Assembly (NCBI GenBank): GCA_024704765.1 | Contig: JAKMXF010000343.1 | Location: forward strand, 248,001 to 312,000 | Source: Oopsacas minuta | Lineage: Eukaryota > Animalia > Porifera | Direction: 5' to 3' | Length of the DNA: 64,000 bases | Part shown: positions 41,669-56,688 of the stretch, one piece after another | Layout: every line of letters begins with the position of its first letter | How positions within the stretch are numbered: position 1 is the first letter of the stretch | Made by a program: the position numbers and the translations under genes | Notes under the pieces: generated by a model | What the model was told of the DNA's origin: nothing | What the model saw: only the letters and a program-made list of their open reading frames with translations | The model's database searches: none

Positions 41669-42825
41669 ATGTCATACGGTAATCCAAACCAATACCAACA
41701 ACCACCTCAAAACTACAACCCTCAGGTGTATGCGCCTTCTCATCCTCCTGGTCACGCTCCCCATGCCCCCCCTGGGTACAACACAGGAGCGGGAGCACAA
41801 GGGTACACACCGTATAATCCCGCTCAAGCTGCTCCTCAGGTAGCGTATCATGGAGCAGCTCCTCCTTCATACGGCCAGGGACAGCCTCCTTCTACTGGTG
41901 GTTATGGAGCTCCTGCTGGATACAGTCAACCTCCTCAATACGGAGCTCAACCTCCTGCTGGATATAGTCAACAATCTCAATACGGATCTCCTTCATCTAC
42001 CTATGCCCCTCCAGGTAATTACTTGTAGACACTGTAACCTGATCCAAGTGTACGTCTTATCCTAATAAAGATTGTATTATAATGAATTTTCCGTTTGCAG
42101 GAAGTGCGTACTTGCCCACCAGGTCTACTTCCCCTGTATAAATTCATTGGGTAGCTATCGTAGACAGGTTCAAATTTTGTTATTAATACAATTTATTTAA
42201 TATTTCTCTTCTCACAGCTTCCAACCCTTACGCTACCAGTCACAGCGGAGCACCTGGCTACCCCACTCAGGCCCCTCCCGTCCCAGCTGGACCCCCCTGT
42301 CCCCCAGGAGTAGATCCTACCCTCTGGCAAGTATTCAAAGTAGTTGACAGTAATAACAGTAATTCTATAAGTGCTAATGAGCTACAGCAAGCTCTTGCTA
42401 ACAATAACTGGACACAGTTTAATTCTGAAACGTGTCGACTGTTGATTGGTCAATTCGACCAGAATAAAGACGGCTCGATTGATATTTACGAATTCTCACA
42501 CCTTTGGAAGTATATCCAGGATTGGAGACAGTGCTTTGAGGGATTTGACACTGATAAATCGGGGACTATCGATGTGAACGAGTTACAACAGGCTTTTCAG
42601 ACGTTCGGCTATCGACTGTCTATCGAATTCTGTAGCTTATGCACACGCGTATTTGACCGTAGCGACAAACACTCAATGAATTTCGATAGTTTCATTCAAT
42701 GCTGTGTTTTAATGCGCTCTCTAACTGACTCGTTTCGTAGAAGAGACACAAATCTGAATGGGCAAATTAACGTCAGCTATGAGGATTTCTTAGAAATGGT
42801 AATCGATAATACAGTCACCAACTAA
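41669..42825 (+). CDS. PEF1: Peflin-like penta-EF-hand protein; exons about 41669-42014 and 42218-42825
   Basis: Long Y/G/P/Q/A-rich N-terminus (PPAGYSQ repeats), then EF hands VDSNNSNSISANELQQAL, FDQNKDGSIDIYEF, FDTDKSGTIDVNELQQA, RDTNLNGQINVSYEDF. Confidence 0.88.
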
Positions 42826-43270
42826 TATACACAAAAATGTATTATACGTATATTATAAATTGTTTTGTAGGTGATGGATACTGGTATTCTTTAAGTGACT
42901 AGAGAGATGAGCAAACTCATTTATATACTGTGCCCTATTTCGATTGATTTCTACTTATTTGGTGTACGTAGCTATTATGATTTATTATTGATTCTGTATT
43001 TAGTTAGTATTTGTGATAATTATATATCCTCACATCTGTTTATGTAACTTCTGTCGATTCAGTGTACAAGTCTACTCCATTTCAAATAAAAATCACTATT
43101 GTGTGAGGTTGAATATAACTTTATGTATGACCCAGTAGAGCCATGCTTTAATGTGAACGTAGTTCATTATACATACCTGGATAGATAATGCCTAAGGTGT
43201 ATGTTGTTAATTAAACCTAATACTACTAATATCTCTAATAAGCATATCTACAGTCTAGTCCCTTAATACT

Positions 43271-44446
43271 ATGGTTTCTCGATCTTCTGGTAAAGACAAT
43301 ACAAATATATTCAGATGGAGTTTAGGTCCTAAACCTCGTTCACCGTTAGAACTTAACATACACAAGGAACAGGTTGAAAAGTATTATGATATACATTGGA
43401 ATAATATTGTAGGTGAGGGGGTAAGCGGAGCTGTATGTGAATGCGAATCAATCGAAACTGGCAAGAAATTCGTGCTTAAAGTATTAGCAAAGAACGAATA
43501 TTCATTCCGTGAGATACAACTGCATTATATATCATCCAATTCCAAAAATGTCGTACAAATCGAGGCTGTTTATGAGTGTTTTATGCGTGCAAGCTGTGTG
43601 CCGGATTCCTCGAAAATTCTATGTTACGCTATCGTAATGGAATACATGGAGGGCGGCGATTTGTATGATTTTATATCAACGAAGGGGAGTTTCACTGAAA
43701 AGGAAGCAGCTCATATTATCCTACAAATCTGCGAGGCACTATTCCATCTCCATTCTTTAAACATAGCGCACAGAGATCTCAAACCTGAGAATAGTCTAAC
43801 AAATATTCGAGCTACTAAAATTAACCATGAAAATACTATCAAAGACTTGATCATTAAAATAACAGATTTCGGATACGCGAAAGAGGATGACCAACAAATG
43901 AAAAGTCCCTTATACACTCCATACTATGTACCACCGGAAGTTATAGTTAATGACGCCTTCTGGCCTGGGGCTTACGTACATTTCTATGATAAAAGTTGTG
44001 ATATGTGGTCTTTGGGGGTCATTATATATATTATTTTATGCGGATATCCTCCTTTCTATCCAGAGATGGAAAATAGGGAAATTACAAGTGAAATGGTGGA
44101 GAAAATAAAATTCGGTTGTTACACTTTCCCTGAACACGATTGGAAGGATATTTCAATGGACGCGAAAGATCTGATAAGGAAATTACTAGTTGTAGAGCCA
44201 AATAAACGACTGACTTCAGTTGAAGTTATCACGCATCCATGGCTGAATAAGAAACTTCCAAACACACCACTTTCCACCCCGAAAAATGCCGCGAGAATGA
44301 AAAGTTTATATACGATACAAACATTCTCAGACATGAGGGAAGAGATGAGGGCTAGATCTAAAACTACGAAAGAGACAGTTGGGACAAAGCTTAGTCTAAA
44401 TTCAATAGATCCTGATATAATGTATAAGAGACGGGAAACTAGTTAA
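43271..44446 (+). CDS. MAPKAPK5: MAPK-activated protein kinase 5 (MK5/PRAK)-like, intronless
   Basis: YDIHWNNIVGEGVSGAV, IAHRDLKPEN, DFGYAK, YTPYYVPPEV, YDKSCDMWSLGVIIYIILCGYPPFY; closest to MK5 by recalled motifs. Confidence 0.82.
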   Translation: MVSRSSGKDNTNIFRWSLGPKPRSPLELNIHKEQVEKYYDIHWNNIVGEGVSGAVCECESIETGKKFVLKVLAKNEYSFREIQLHYISSNSKNVVQIEAVYECFMRASCVPDSSKILCYAIVMEYMEGGDLYDFISTKGSFTEKEAAHIILQICEALFHLHSLNIAHRDLKPENSLTNIRATKINHENTIKDLIIKITDFGYAKEDDQQMKSPLYTPYYVPPEVIVNDAFWPGAYVHFYDKSCDMWSLGVIIYIILCGYPPFYPEMENREITSEMVEKIKFGCYTFPEHDWKDISMDAKDLIRKLLVVEPNKRLTSVEVITHPWLNKKLPNTPLSTPKNAARMKSLYTIQTFSDMREEMRARSKTTKETVGTKLSLNSIDPDIMYKRRETS

Positions 44447-44588
44447 GTTTTATTTGTATAGAAATATATAGCTGGGATTGTTACATATTTATCACTGCTT
44501 TTATATTTATACTTTTGTTGAGTTATCGTCATTGTACATTCATTCTGTTTTCAAATGATTCAAGGGAATTTCGGCTTATACATGTGTA

Positions 44589-44745
44589 CAGTGTAACACG
44601 GTTAATACGAATTTCCAGACAATACGAAGCAAATATTTACACAAAAAATCAGGTTCCTACAATGGTTATCCAATTGGTATTACTCTGGATAAAGCGAACA
44701 CATTTTGACCGTCCCGTTGGTGTTCGTATTAACGATGTTCTACTG
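44589..44745. mobile_element. MITE family B
   Basis: TA|CAGTGTAACACGGTTAATACGAA ... TTCGTATTAACGATGTTCTACTG|TA; a reverse-oriented relative lies at about 25960-26083. Confidence 0.78.
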
Positions 44746-45165
44746 TATTCGTCCAAGACTCATATATCGTAATCCTACATGCATAATCTGAGATTATCGG
44801 CCGTCCAAACGTTACTAACAATGGGAGAGCTTGTCTGTTAATTATTTCAGGTGATGAACTCATAGCTAAGGTTATCAATGTTCATTTATTAATTTTGGGA
44901 GATTTGTTATAACTCTAATCGTTAGCGTATATCGAGTATGTTCATATACATTTTAATTAATGCCCAAACGGGGAGGGAAGCTTAGAGATAGCGAGCTCAT
45001 AAAAATCCCCAAATATTATATCAATATAATTCATGAAAACGAATCCATATCTTTCCTTATTTACTATCTGTATTTAATTCCCACAACAACACTTATAAGC
45101 TCTATTCAATAAATACGTATATATTTCTCACATTCCCTTCATTTATATTATTTTGTAGTCTCAAA

Positions 45166-45708
45166 ATGCATATGAACATGACCATGACAATGCAAATGTA
45201 TTTCACAACCAGTACAGATGTATTCGTATTATTCAAAGAATTCCATGTACAAACACCTGGACAAATGGTTGCTGCATTTGTTGGCGTGTTTATTTTCGCG
45301 ATTCTAAGTGAGGGATTAAAAATAGTCCGTGAATATGTGAACTACTTTATTAGCACACTAAATATCCGAATATGCACCTCAGGAAATTCAATCCAAGAGG
45401 AAGACCGCAGTAAATATGAGCCTCTGTTGCCAAGTGACAAGCCCCCGCAAATGTCAAATGCGAATAAAAACACGAACGAATTTATCGGTCATATTACACT
45501 AACATTATTACAAACTATTCAATATATCATCGGCTATCTACTCATGTTAATCGCTATGACATTCAATCTGTGGTTATTCCTGGCTGTTGTCCTTGGTATG
45601 GGGACTGGTTATTTTCTGTTCGCTTGGATGAAAAAGAGAATTCCTCATCATAAGAATAAATCTGAAAGTTTCATCGCTTCTCAAGATGCATGTGATTGTC
45701 TTAATTGA
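45166..45708 (+). CDS. SLC31A1: High-affinity copper transporter, Ctr family, intronless
   Basis: Met-rich N-terminus MHMNMTMTMQMYF, LSEGLK, TM2 MxxxM (YLLMLIAMTFN), GxxxG (GMGTG). Confidence 0.92.
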   Translation: MHMNMTMTMQMYFTTSTDVFVLFKEFHVQTPGQMVAAFVGVFIFAILSEGLKIVREYVNYFISTLNIRICTSGNSIQEEDRSKYEPLLPSDKPPQMSNANKNTNEFIGHITLTLLQTIQYIIGYLLMLIAMTFNLWLFLAVVLGMGTGYFLFAWMKKRIPHHKNKSESFIASQDACDCLN

Positions 45709-46548
45709 TTTTATTCGATTTGATGTATTATGTTGTTAGTATATTCTCGCAATATTTTTTGAATCCATATTGCGGTTTGATTTATTATTATATATTCAAG
45801 ACCCCTCTTCTTGTAATTAAGCTTTATACTTTTTATTTTGGTGGACAATTCCTTGCTAATAATATTTCATTTGCATATTTCTGAGGGAATTTATAATTTG
45901 GTAATATGCGTATACTATTTGTAGTTTATTTCTAGGATTGTAAGGGCATTTAGTATATTCTAAGTTTGGTATGTTATTTATGAAATATTTGTTTTGCTTT
46001 GCGTACTATATAACTCAGGAAATGCACCAGACCAGTAATAGCATAGAACGTGACCTTCTTGTATAGCAGGGCCAGGCATATGGAGGATTGGATATTATGT
46101 AGTCATCTTGTAGCTTGTTGGAGGATGAAATGGTGAATTGGTAGAATGCTATGAATCGCGAATTATTATCCTTTTATGAAGAAATATGTCACAGAGTATG
46201 GAATAATATTAAATCATTGGAGAAGATGATGAACTACATCAAATGAAGGAAATTTAAAATATTTGAAACATGTTCAGCCTGGATTCATTTTAAATCTCAT
46301 CCATTCATCTTCATTATTGAATTACTATATCCATTGTTATCAACAGACAATTAGTTATTTGAATCACCATAACAACAGTCTTACTCATTGGCATCCATAA
46401 TCCTTGTTTCTTTACCTATTGTCACCTAATCAGATACCATTGCTAACAATATACTCATATAACCAGTCACCCGCAAAATCAACACATTAATACATTACGC
46501 ATGTTTATAAATACGATAGAATCTGTGTAGAATATTATAATTACTAAA

Positions 46549-47130
46549 ATGGATTCAAAGATTGTACTCAAAAGTTCAACAAAAGTCTCACTGAGCGATC
46601 GATTCGCTAAAATTCAATCAAGAGCTAGTCAACAACAGCAAAGCCCAGCTGGCTTCGGAAATAGAAGAAATATTGGCGGCAGTTCGTCTTATAACAATCC
46701 ACTTTCCGTCAGTATCAAACGTGGAGCTATCGGATCAAGGAAGCAAGTTACAACTGATACATCAAGCAGATTACGTAGCGGAGGAAATATGAGAGGAGGC
46801 AGTTTAGCCTCCCGTTTACAAAAAAGACCCGTGAGAAATACTATACAGAACTATGTAACACAGGCTACACGTCCGGTGAGAGGGGGAGCTACTGGAGTGA
46901 GGGGATTTCAACGCGGCGGCGGACGGCGTGGAGGAGCGACGACTAGAGGCGGTGGACAAATGAACACTCGCTCATCACAGGGGGTACCTGGAAATACTCC
47001 AACCCGCGGCAAACGTACACAAGTTGCCGCTCCGAAGAAAGAAGACTTAGACAAAGATCTTGAATCTTACATGTCCAAGACGAAAGGATTTTTAGATGAG
47101 CAGTTAGATGATTACCATAAACAGAAATAG
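46549..47130 (+). CDS. CHTOP: Chromatin target of PRMT1 (Fop)-like, intronless
   Basis: KIVLKSSTKVSLSDRF, RGG/GAR region, C-terminal KEDLDKDLESYMSKTKGFLDEQLDDY. Confidence 0.88.
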   Translation: MDSKIVLKSSTKVSLSDRFAKIQSRASQQQQSPAGFGNRRNIGGSSSYNNPLSVSIKRGAIGSRKQVTTDTSSRLRSGGNMRGGSLASRLQKRPVRNTIQNYVTQATRPVRGGATGVRGFQRGGGRRGGATTRGGGQMNTRSSQGVPGNTPTRGKRTQVAAPKKEDLDKDLESYMSKTKGFLDEQLDDYHKQK

Positions 47131-47552
47131 AATAATTATGTGGTTGCCTAAGATTGATAACTCATCATTAGTCACTTGTGGGAGATAGTATGTTGTGTTG
47201 TAACGGGTATATTACTGGTCAGCTGATATGCTATGAATCAAATGTCTTTTATACATGGATAATATAATTGATCATTCTCCTATATTACATACAATTTCAG
47301 AGTACTTGGGAAGCGGGGACTATTCCTCGTAGGGGCTCTCTGGGATGGCATATTGATCCTGTATTAATGGGTGTAACACTTTCGGAATCTCCTAATTTCT
47401 GGGGATTGCGTTGTGTAACGTTGAATGTCCCATAAGTCTATAACACTGCCTAACTCTATTTATGTATAAAGAATCCTATTGGCGTCTTCAATTGATATTT
47501 TCGTATTCGTATCTTCTCATTTAGCAGCCCACTCACACTAGATGTTCTAGCT

Positions 47553-48818
47553 ATGTCTCTACAACAAACTTATAATGCCAAATACATTACAATATTTGCT
47601 ATTACAGTCGCCATATTCTCCACTATCATTTTCTATGTGCTGTATGGCTGTAATATAGAAATCGAACACCATGAAATGTCATGTCCTATCGTATTCTACA
47701 CTGCATACTATCCATGGAAAGATACGTTAATTGTTGGCTTAATTTCCCTCGCATCTAAATGCGGTCTAGTTGAATTCAATTCTACATTCTCATACTACAT
47801 AGATGAAGCATCGAAGAACACGACTGAATTATTCATAACCCCAAATATGAGTAACATCACGCTATTTCCTGTATCTATACAGCTCCACGTCATCAAAGGT
47901 ACTAAAACATATATTTATACTCCAATCGGTCCCACAGAGACTTATCTCCAGCCTGGGTTTATATACTTACATGGAGGAGGTGGCGTGTCCGGAAGTTCAT
48001 CATATTATGACGCTACTTTAAGGTACTTAACACATCATACACAGCATAAAGTAATCGTACCAGAATATACAAAAGCACCGTTACAATTATTTCCTGAAGT
48101 AGAAGATGAATGTTTGAAAGTTGTTAGATATATTCTAGAAAATGGTGAAGAGTTTGGAATAGATACAAACCATTTATCGATAGGAGGAGACAGTTTTGGT
48201 GGTCATTTAACACTTTATATTGTAACTAAATGGAATATTATTAATAGCCACAAAAAGTTCAAATCCATTGCATTAATATACCCATCTATACAATGGTTGA
48301 ATTTAGAGTTTGAATCTTATAATAATCGAGTTAACGATAACAGGATCCTTTCTAAAAAGATGATAGCAAACTATTTGTCTATTGGGATATCAGGTAACCT
48401 GGAATTGGTCCCGTATATACTGAACTCTACTCTCCCAGTATTAAGCAAGGATTACACAGCTAAACGTAGCAAATATCCTCACTTATTTCATGAGGTCAAT
48501 TGGAATCCACCCCAGTTTTTAATAAACAAATATTCAAAATTTGCTGATGTTTTTCTGAGTCCTTATTCGAATTTCCTATTTCAAGAGGATTTATCTTACC
48601 TCCCTCCAACTCTTATAATCAGTGCTGAATACGATATACTATTCACTGAAGGCTTGCTATTTAAAGAAAGGCTACAACAATCTGGGGTAGAAGTATACCA
48701 TCATGTTTATGAGAAAATGTTCCATGGATTTACTTACCTGCATCCGCCAATAGTTAGGTTCACAGATACCATAAAGTCCTTACAAGATGTTGCACGCTTT
48801 GTAGCTAAAAAATTGTAA
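47553..48818 (+). CDS. Arylacetamide deacetylase / NCEH1-like esterase (HSL family), intronless
   Basis: N-terminal TM, HGGG oxyanion motif, GDSFGG nucleophile, EYDIL Asp, MFHGF His. Confidence 0.88.
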   Translation: MSLQQTYNAKYITIFAITVAIFSTIIFYVLYGCNIEIEHHEMSCPIVFYTAYYPWKDTLIVGLISLASKCGLVEFNSTFSYYIDEASKNTTELFITPNMSNITLFPVSIQLHVIKGTKTYIYTPIGPTETYLQPGFIYLHGGGGVSGSSSYYDATLRYLTHHTQHKVIVPEYTKAPLQLFPEVEDECLKVVRYILENGEEFGIDTNHLSIGGDSFGGHLTLYIVTKWNIINSHKKFKSIALIYPSIQWLNLEFESYNNRVNDNRILSKKMIANYLSIGISGNLELVPYILNSTLPVLSKDYTAKRSKYPHLFHEVNWNPPQFLINKYSKFADVFLSPYSNFLFQEDLSYLPPTLIISAEYDILFTEGLLFKERLQQSGVEVYHHVYEKMFHGFTYLHPPIVRFTDTIKSLQDVARFVAKKL

Positions 48819-49144
48819 TTTTCTAGTTTTATTTGCATTGAAAGTATTTTTTTATTTTCAATCACTTCACTTCAAATTATATCGCCAGATAGTTTATTTT
48901 GTTATTTTATGGGTGGAAACAATCGAGGATTTAATAAGCGAGGGGGAGGACATTATATTTTAAGCCAGCGTATCGGATCCCAGCTTAGGTTCATGCCCCC
49001 CTTTGTTGTCCACGGACGACTGCAGGGGGTCCAGTATCGCAATTTCGTATCCATGGTACTTACTAATTTACAAGTAGGGTTAATTTCTACTACTTGTAAA
49101 TATTGATATATTTATAGTGTTATAGCTATTGTGCCAGAAATATA

Positions 49145-49408
49145 ATGGCTAAGTCAAAGAATCATACTAATCACAATCAGAATAGAAAAGCTCACCGTAA
49201 CGGTATAAAGCGACCCAAAACTTATCGCTATCCCTCCCTCCGGGGGGTTGATCCCAAGCTTCTGAGGAATTTGAAGTTTGCTAGGAAGTACAACAAGAAA
49301 GGAAAGAAGACCGATTCGAAGCCTGTTGACACTCCAAAAGCTCCAGAAACAACTGCGCCGCAGCCTACTACAACTACTACTACTACCGCAAAGCCTACCG
49401 TTGCGTAG
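49145..49408 (+). CDS. RPL29: 60S ribosomal protein eL29
   Basis: [24 protein letters not shown]...[12 protein letters not shown], plus P/T/K-rich tail. Confidence 0.97.
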   Translation: MAKSKNHTNHNQNRKAHRNGIKRPKTYRYPSLRGVDPKLLRNLKFARKYNKKGKKTDSKPVDTPKAPETTAPQPTTTTTTTAKPTVA

Positions 49409-49534
49409 TCTGAATTAGTAATTTGTTTGTGTTAGCAATTAGTTTATTAGAAATTAATTCTTTATATTATGATAACAATGGATGGACAGATTTTGTTCAG
49501 TCCACTTAATTGAAAGTTTGAAACTTTTATATAT

Positions 49535-49752
49535 GACAAAGATAGTCTCCTATATGCTTATTGGATATTTAACCATGGATGGCGGATTTCGTATCTGCTT
49601 GGAGGCCCGGATGTTGTTCTAGGATCGAAGATATGGGTCATATTGAAGGACTCCTCGCTTGTTGGAATGGGGATCTCTATTTAACATAAGATAAAAGAAA
49701 TCCATCATCCATGGTGAAATAACTAATAAGCATATAGAGGACTGTTTTTGTC
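49535..49752. mobile_element. Foldback element with about 55-bp inverted arms
   Basis: 49535-49590 (gacaaagatagtctcctatatgcttattgg...ccatggatggcggatttc) is the imperfect reverse complement of 49697-49752; the ttaaccatggatgg motif recurs near 53130. Confidence 0.65.
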
Positions 49753-50945
49753 AAAACAAACATTCCTCCATTTTCTGCATAAAATAATATAAACTGAAAA
49801 CAAAGCCTATAAAGTGATTGTTATGAATAATACAAATATGCTATAACCCACCCTCTACAAATTATTGAAAAATTGATTTTTGGCGAATCGCGCGTCCTAA
49901 TCTCAATCTATAAATAATCTAGGTGTAGATCATCACTCCTGAAATCAATTTATAATCCGCAATCATGACTTAATACTTCTAACGAGAATAATTATTAGCA
50001 CATTAGCTAACTAATTAATAGGATTATTATTATTATTTATAAATCATTACAAGTCAATTGTAATAATATTATTTGATTATTTGATTGTTAGAACTTTCTA
50101 TTCAGTCAGGCAATTGCTGTCATTAATTTTGAAAATGATTAGTGGACATTTCTCGCTATTACTTTATTTTCAGTAAAATCTGCTTCCACTGGATTTCGGA
50201 ACCCCAAGAATTTCTGTTACGGTGTTACCTATGTACACTCTTAATCGTGCATCAGGTCAATATGACAATTACCCTTCATGTTGGCTCCATAGGTCATAAA
50301 CTTTTGGGACGATAATGATTCTATGATTATAATTGGCCAGTTATGATTCCCTATTGAATTGAGGGGGGTCTGTTTTGTCCAGTATTCCTATTCCTGCAAT
50401 ACCATCTCATTTAATATGCCAGGTTATTTCATTTTCAAATCACTTTGGTAACGTTTTAATGTTTGCAAGGATATTCATGTTTCTTAGATCGGAAACAGAC
50501 ATTTCGTTCCAGACATATGCTGAATAAGGTCATTTTGAAGCACTCCTCTAGCTGTTGGAGACTTGGAGTAGGTATTCACCATGGCTTAATGGAATGCTAT
50601 GTAATCGTATCATAAAGTGTCGCCAATAATATTTTCAGTAATCACAAAATAAAAGATCTGCCCAAAACCTTTGTACTCTCGATAGCAAATCAACAAGAAT
50701 TAAATTTAATCTTACCTCTAAAGAAACCCCACCATATAAATAGGCATTTCTAGTTTAAGCCCACTATTCCACTAAAAATAGACAGATATAGTACGTAATT
50801 CTAAGTATATGCGTACTCTACTGTTTCACTGGTTCTATATTTATGAAGCTATATCTGCCACGTTGTATTGGACACGTTAATCAAATGAAATAGTATTAAT
50901 ACGTGTGTGTATGCAGTATTCTTATATTATTTTTAGAACGATTAG

Positions 50946-52947
<2,002 letters not shown>

Positions 52948-55900
52948 ACAACAGTAATTTTATTGGACTTCTAAATCTGGACACAGATTATGGACTTGTA
53001 GTACTTTCCTCTCTCTCCTCTGTATATATAACTTACTAACCTGTGTTAATTACAAAGCTATTGTTATCCTCCTGTATTATCTATCTATCTATCTATTAGC
53101 ATAATATGCTATTGGGTTATGTTCTTTGGGGATTACGTAACTTATTTAGATTTCAAGTTTTTCAGAAATTCCCCCATCTATATCTTAGTTAACCATGGAT
53201 GGTGATGTAGCAAACTGCGTAGATGGGAGTCCTTAGATAATTCTGGCTATACCTCAACATCCTTGGTTTGAGGGGGTATTAGTGTAGAGCATATCCGCCT
53301 TCCATTGTTAAATACCTAATAACATGTAGATGTAGAGAAGGTAATTTCTGACTGTGTTCGTGAGCTACGTATTTCACGGACTGATACCATGGATATTTAT
53401 TATTTCTCTTGACAAACGAATTAGTAATGTAATGCTATAGACCAGTTGCAATTCCTTGCACCATATAAGGACATTTCGATTAGTTGCAGAATTGATTTGT
53501 AGATATAATCACTTACTTTCACTTGCAATTATTATACTACTTTCGGATGGAATATTTATTCATCACATCCTTATGTAGACATTTTACCAAGTGTCCGGCC
53601 GGTTTTACATAATAATCAGTATGACTTTTGTCCACGAATACTGCCATCCAAAACCAAACTAATATGTGTTAGTTACAATTATATCGATAAATCAGAAGCA
53701 TAGATAGACACAATAACTCATTTCAATGCCATACTTATAATTCATGCGAAAAAAGGCCACGAAAAGGATAAGTGCCCTGACACTTATTCAGGGAAATTCG
53801 GTATGTTTTAATAAATAGTTAATGCAAGTTTGCTTCGCTCACTTGCGCTACACAGCTTGTGAACACTTCGTGTCCATGGAAGTCACCCTACGAGTGCCTC
53901 TCATATGGCTATTATGTCAGAATCGAATGTAATGTATTTCCCCTGAGTCACTAAGAATTTAAGTTAGAACTTAGTGCTTAACTCATTAGTGAATACAACT
54001 GCACAGATTTGTGGATCGAATCTCTTCTTTCATTGTCATGGCACCGTTTGTAAATGTGTTAGCTAAATTTACTGACATATATAGAGTCGGCTTAAACTGT
54101 GATTAGACAATATCCCCAACAGCTTTATCCTCCATAATATTGCTAAAATAATGACTAGAATATTATTATACACACAGAGTTGGGCATATTTCCATTAACT
54201 CATTATATTGTGATATTTTATTAATAGAACATTTCATTCTAGATAGTTTATGAAGTGGAATAGGTAATACTTCATTTTTATAGCAGAAACCTTTCAGTAT
54301 GGTAATTATGTATGTTTTAAGAAGTCCCACTCTAACCTAATTTGGTCAATATAGACTAAACAAATTTGATGCTTTTTTAAATATGATAGTAATTCGATAA
54401 GACATATTCTCATTCCCTAAATGGCCTTCTCTTTTAGTAAATGGGATGTACACTTTGTATAAGAGGGAACTTACCTACTATATAATAATTCGCTTCCATC
54501 TTATGCTAGCTAAGTTCAAGTCAGTTTCTTAGAATTATGCTTGTAAGTATTTATGCTTTTGATTATACATATGTACGTATATAGGTTTGTGTTATATGGA
54601 CAAATTGAAAATGGCCAGTTCTCGTTAGTTATAATATCTCAAGATATTACGTCATCTTAATACCCCTCTCATCCTTGGAATTCAATTACTTTTACAGATA
54701 CTACTACTGATAAACAGTACTCTAATTTGACCAGAGAGGAGCACGATACACGAATTTTGGACATTCCTACTTGCAAACAAATATTAGCGTTCGTTTGCAA
54801 GGAAAGACACGCAAACAAACACTAAAATTCTATTATTTAATACAAACTGTTGTTCTGTGCGTATTTAACGCACAGTTTGAGTAGTGGTAATGTGTCTTTC
54901 TTGCACTATTAGTGTTTCAGTTCGTTTGCAGGTAAACTGTTGCTGATACGTAATTTCCGAATTTTGACTTCACATTCATGTACTTACTGAGTCTCACTGT
55001 TTTGCAATACAAATTTTGATAATAAACTTTGTATAAACGCTATTCTGGATTGTATTTGAACTGAAACTCAATCGAACAAAACGCGAGTTACATTTTCTGA
55101 TTTTGTCCACACTGACAACGTATATTATATTTGCTTTGTAACACTCCTTTGAAATATTGAACTGTGTGGTCCATAATGCCAGCATTTGAATTAATTCAAA
55201 ATATTAATCATGTGTACACTTCTCTTAAACACACAGAATACTTGCTAATTTTACATTTCTATGCCGAGACGGTATTTCATTAATATTCAATTAAATGGAC
55301 ACATCGTTAGAATTTATTGATATATTGGGGGACAATTCGTAGCATGATATTTGTTGCTGGAATGTCATTATTAGGCATCTTCCATGTCTAGTGTTTGACT
55401 CATAATCAATCCGAGAACACACCCTGAAAACCTAATGTTGTGTAGGAGGACTGGGAATTCGCTGTATTTATTTTCACTCGTTTGCGGAGGTTACAGTGAT
55501 GTTAAAAGTAATCCACTTCTAACGAATAACCATACTTCATAATACATGAAGTATAGTTGTTCATATCTTATCAGTTCTTATTTATTCCATCGCGAATCTA
55601 AAGATTCTTCTAAGCCAAACAATACCAACCCCACTCTAGTAATTTCAATTAGCAGCTTTCTTCATAATTGCCAAATCAGTTCCAAGCTCTTTACATGTAT
55701 TCTATTGAATCTGTATATTCAGCTATGGGCTTCTAACTGATTCTAGGATTTGTTTGATTATTTCTATAGAATATTATTAACAGGGAAGGCTTCATTGTTA
55801 GCACCTACAAGTTTCTAAAGATCTCGAATTCTATCATTAATAATGTTTGAATATCATTTGTGATGTTTGTTTTTAGGCCTCTCTCTGTGTGAAGTGGTAG

Positions 55901-56531
55901 ATAGCTTGTAATGACCTGGTATGAGGCTAGGAATTATTTGTACAGCGTGTTGGAAATATTCAGGTCCATTGTGTTTAGTAAATTTGGCTGCCCCAAGGAT
56001 TATGTCAAAATCATGTCAATGGTATAGCCTCCATATCGGCTGTGGAAACGGAGTGATAAAGCGAAATTCTAGTCCCATACGAGTGAAACTCCACGAATGA
56101 GAAACGGGGTAGCATTTTTCGGCCTCTCTGGTACCCGTTTATGTAGGTTACACTGTAAGATTACGTCATAAATAATGAATGAGAGATCATAGAACCCCGC
56201 TCCCCTCCCAAAGTGGCCCTTATCAGAGCTAAAACAAATTTATCATAAAGGAAATAGTAATAACTAATATTCATATGATGTTAATTGTTACAATAATGAT
56301 CATCCTTGATTAATTATACTGATTCCCAAGCTGCCATCAGTTTGTATATCGCACAATTACACTTGATGCATTTCTATATCTCCACTACGTACCATCAATT
56401 AATATATTGATGGAGCATAGGATAGTTTTATGGATGATCTTGTAAATGACGTCATTATTGTAGTAACCTTGAGACATTATTCACGTTAAAATATCTTTGT
56501 CTCCTAAGCATTCATTTTAACTTTTTATAAG

Positions 56532-56688
56532 CAGTGTAGTCAGGTTTTGTGTTCGCCTATTTGCAATATTAACATAATACCAATTTTTCAGAGTCCAATT
56601 TGTGAATTGTAAATAATAACTATAAAGCAAGTTCGCGTATTAGCAAGGATTCGTGAAAATTCCACTTGCTAATAGGCGGACTCCACTG
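56532..56688. mobile_element. MITE family D, decayed
   Basis: GTTCGCCTATTTGCAA ... CTTGCTAATAGGCGGACTCCACTG; same family as 58086-58229 and the fragment near 22850-22873. Confidence 0.65.

Noticed and set aside
46020-46370. Purine-rich stretch resembling decayed coding DNA
   Set aside because: Stops in all frames examined and no identifiable motif.
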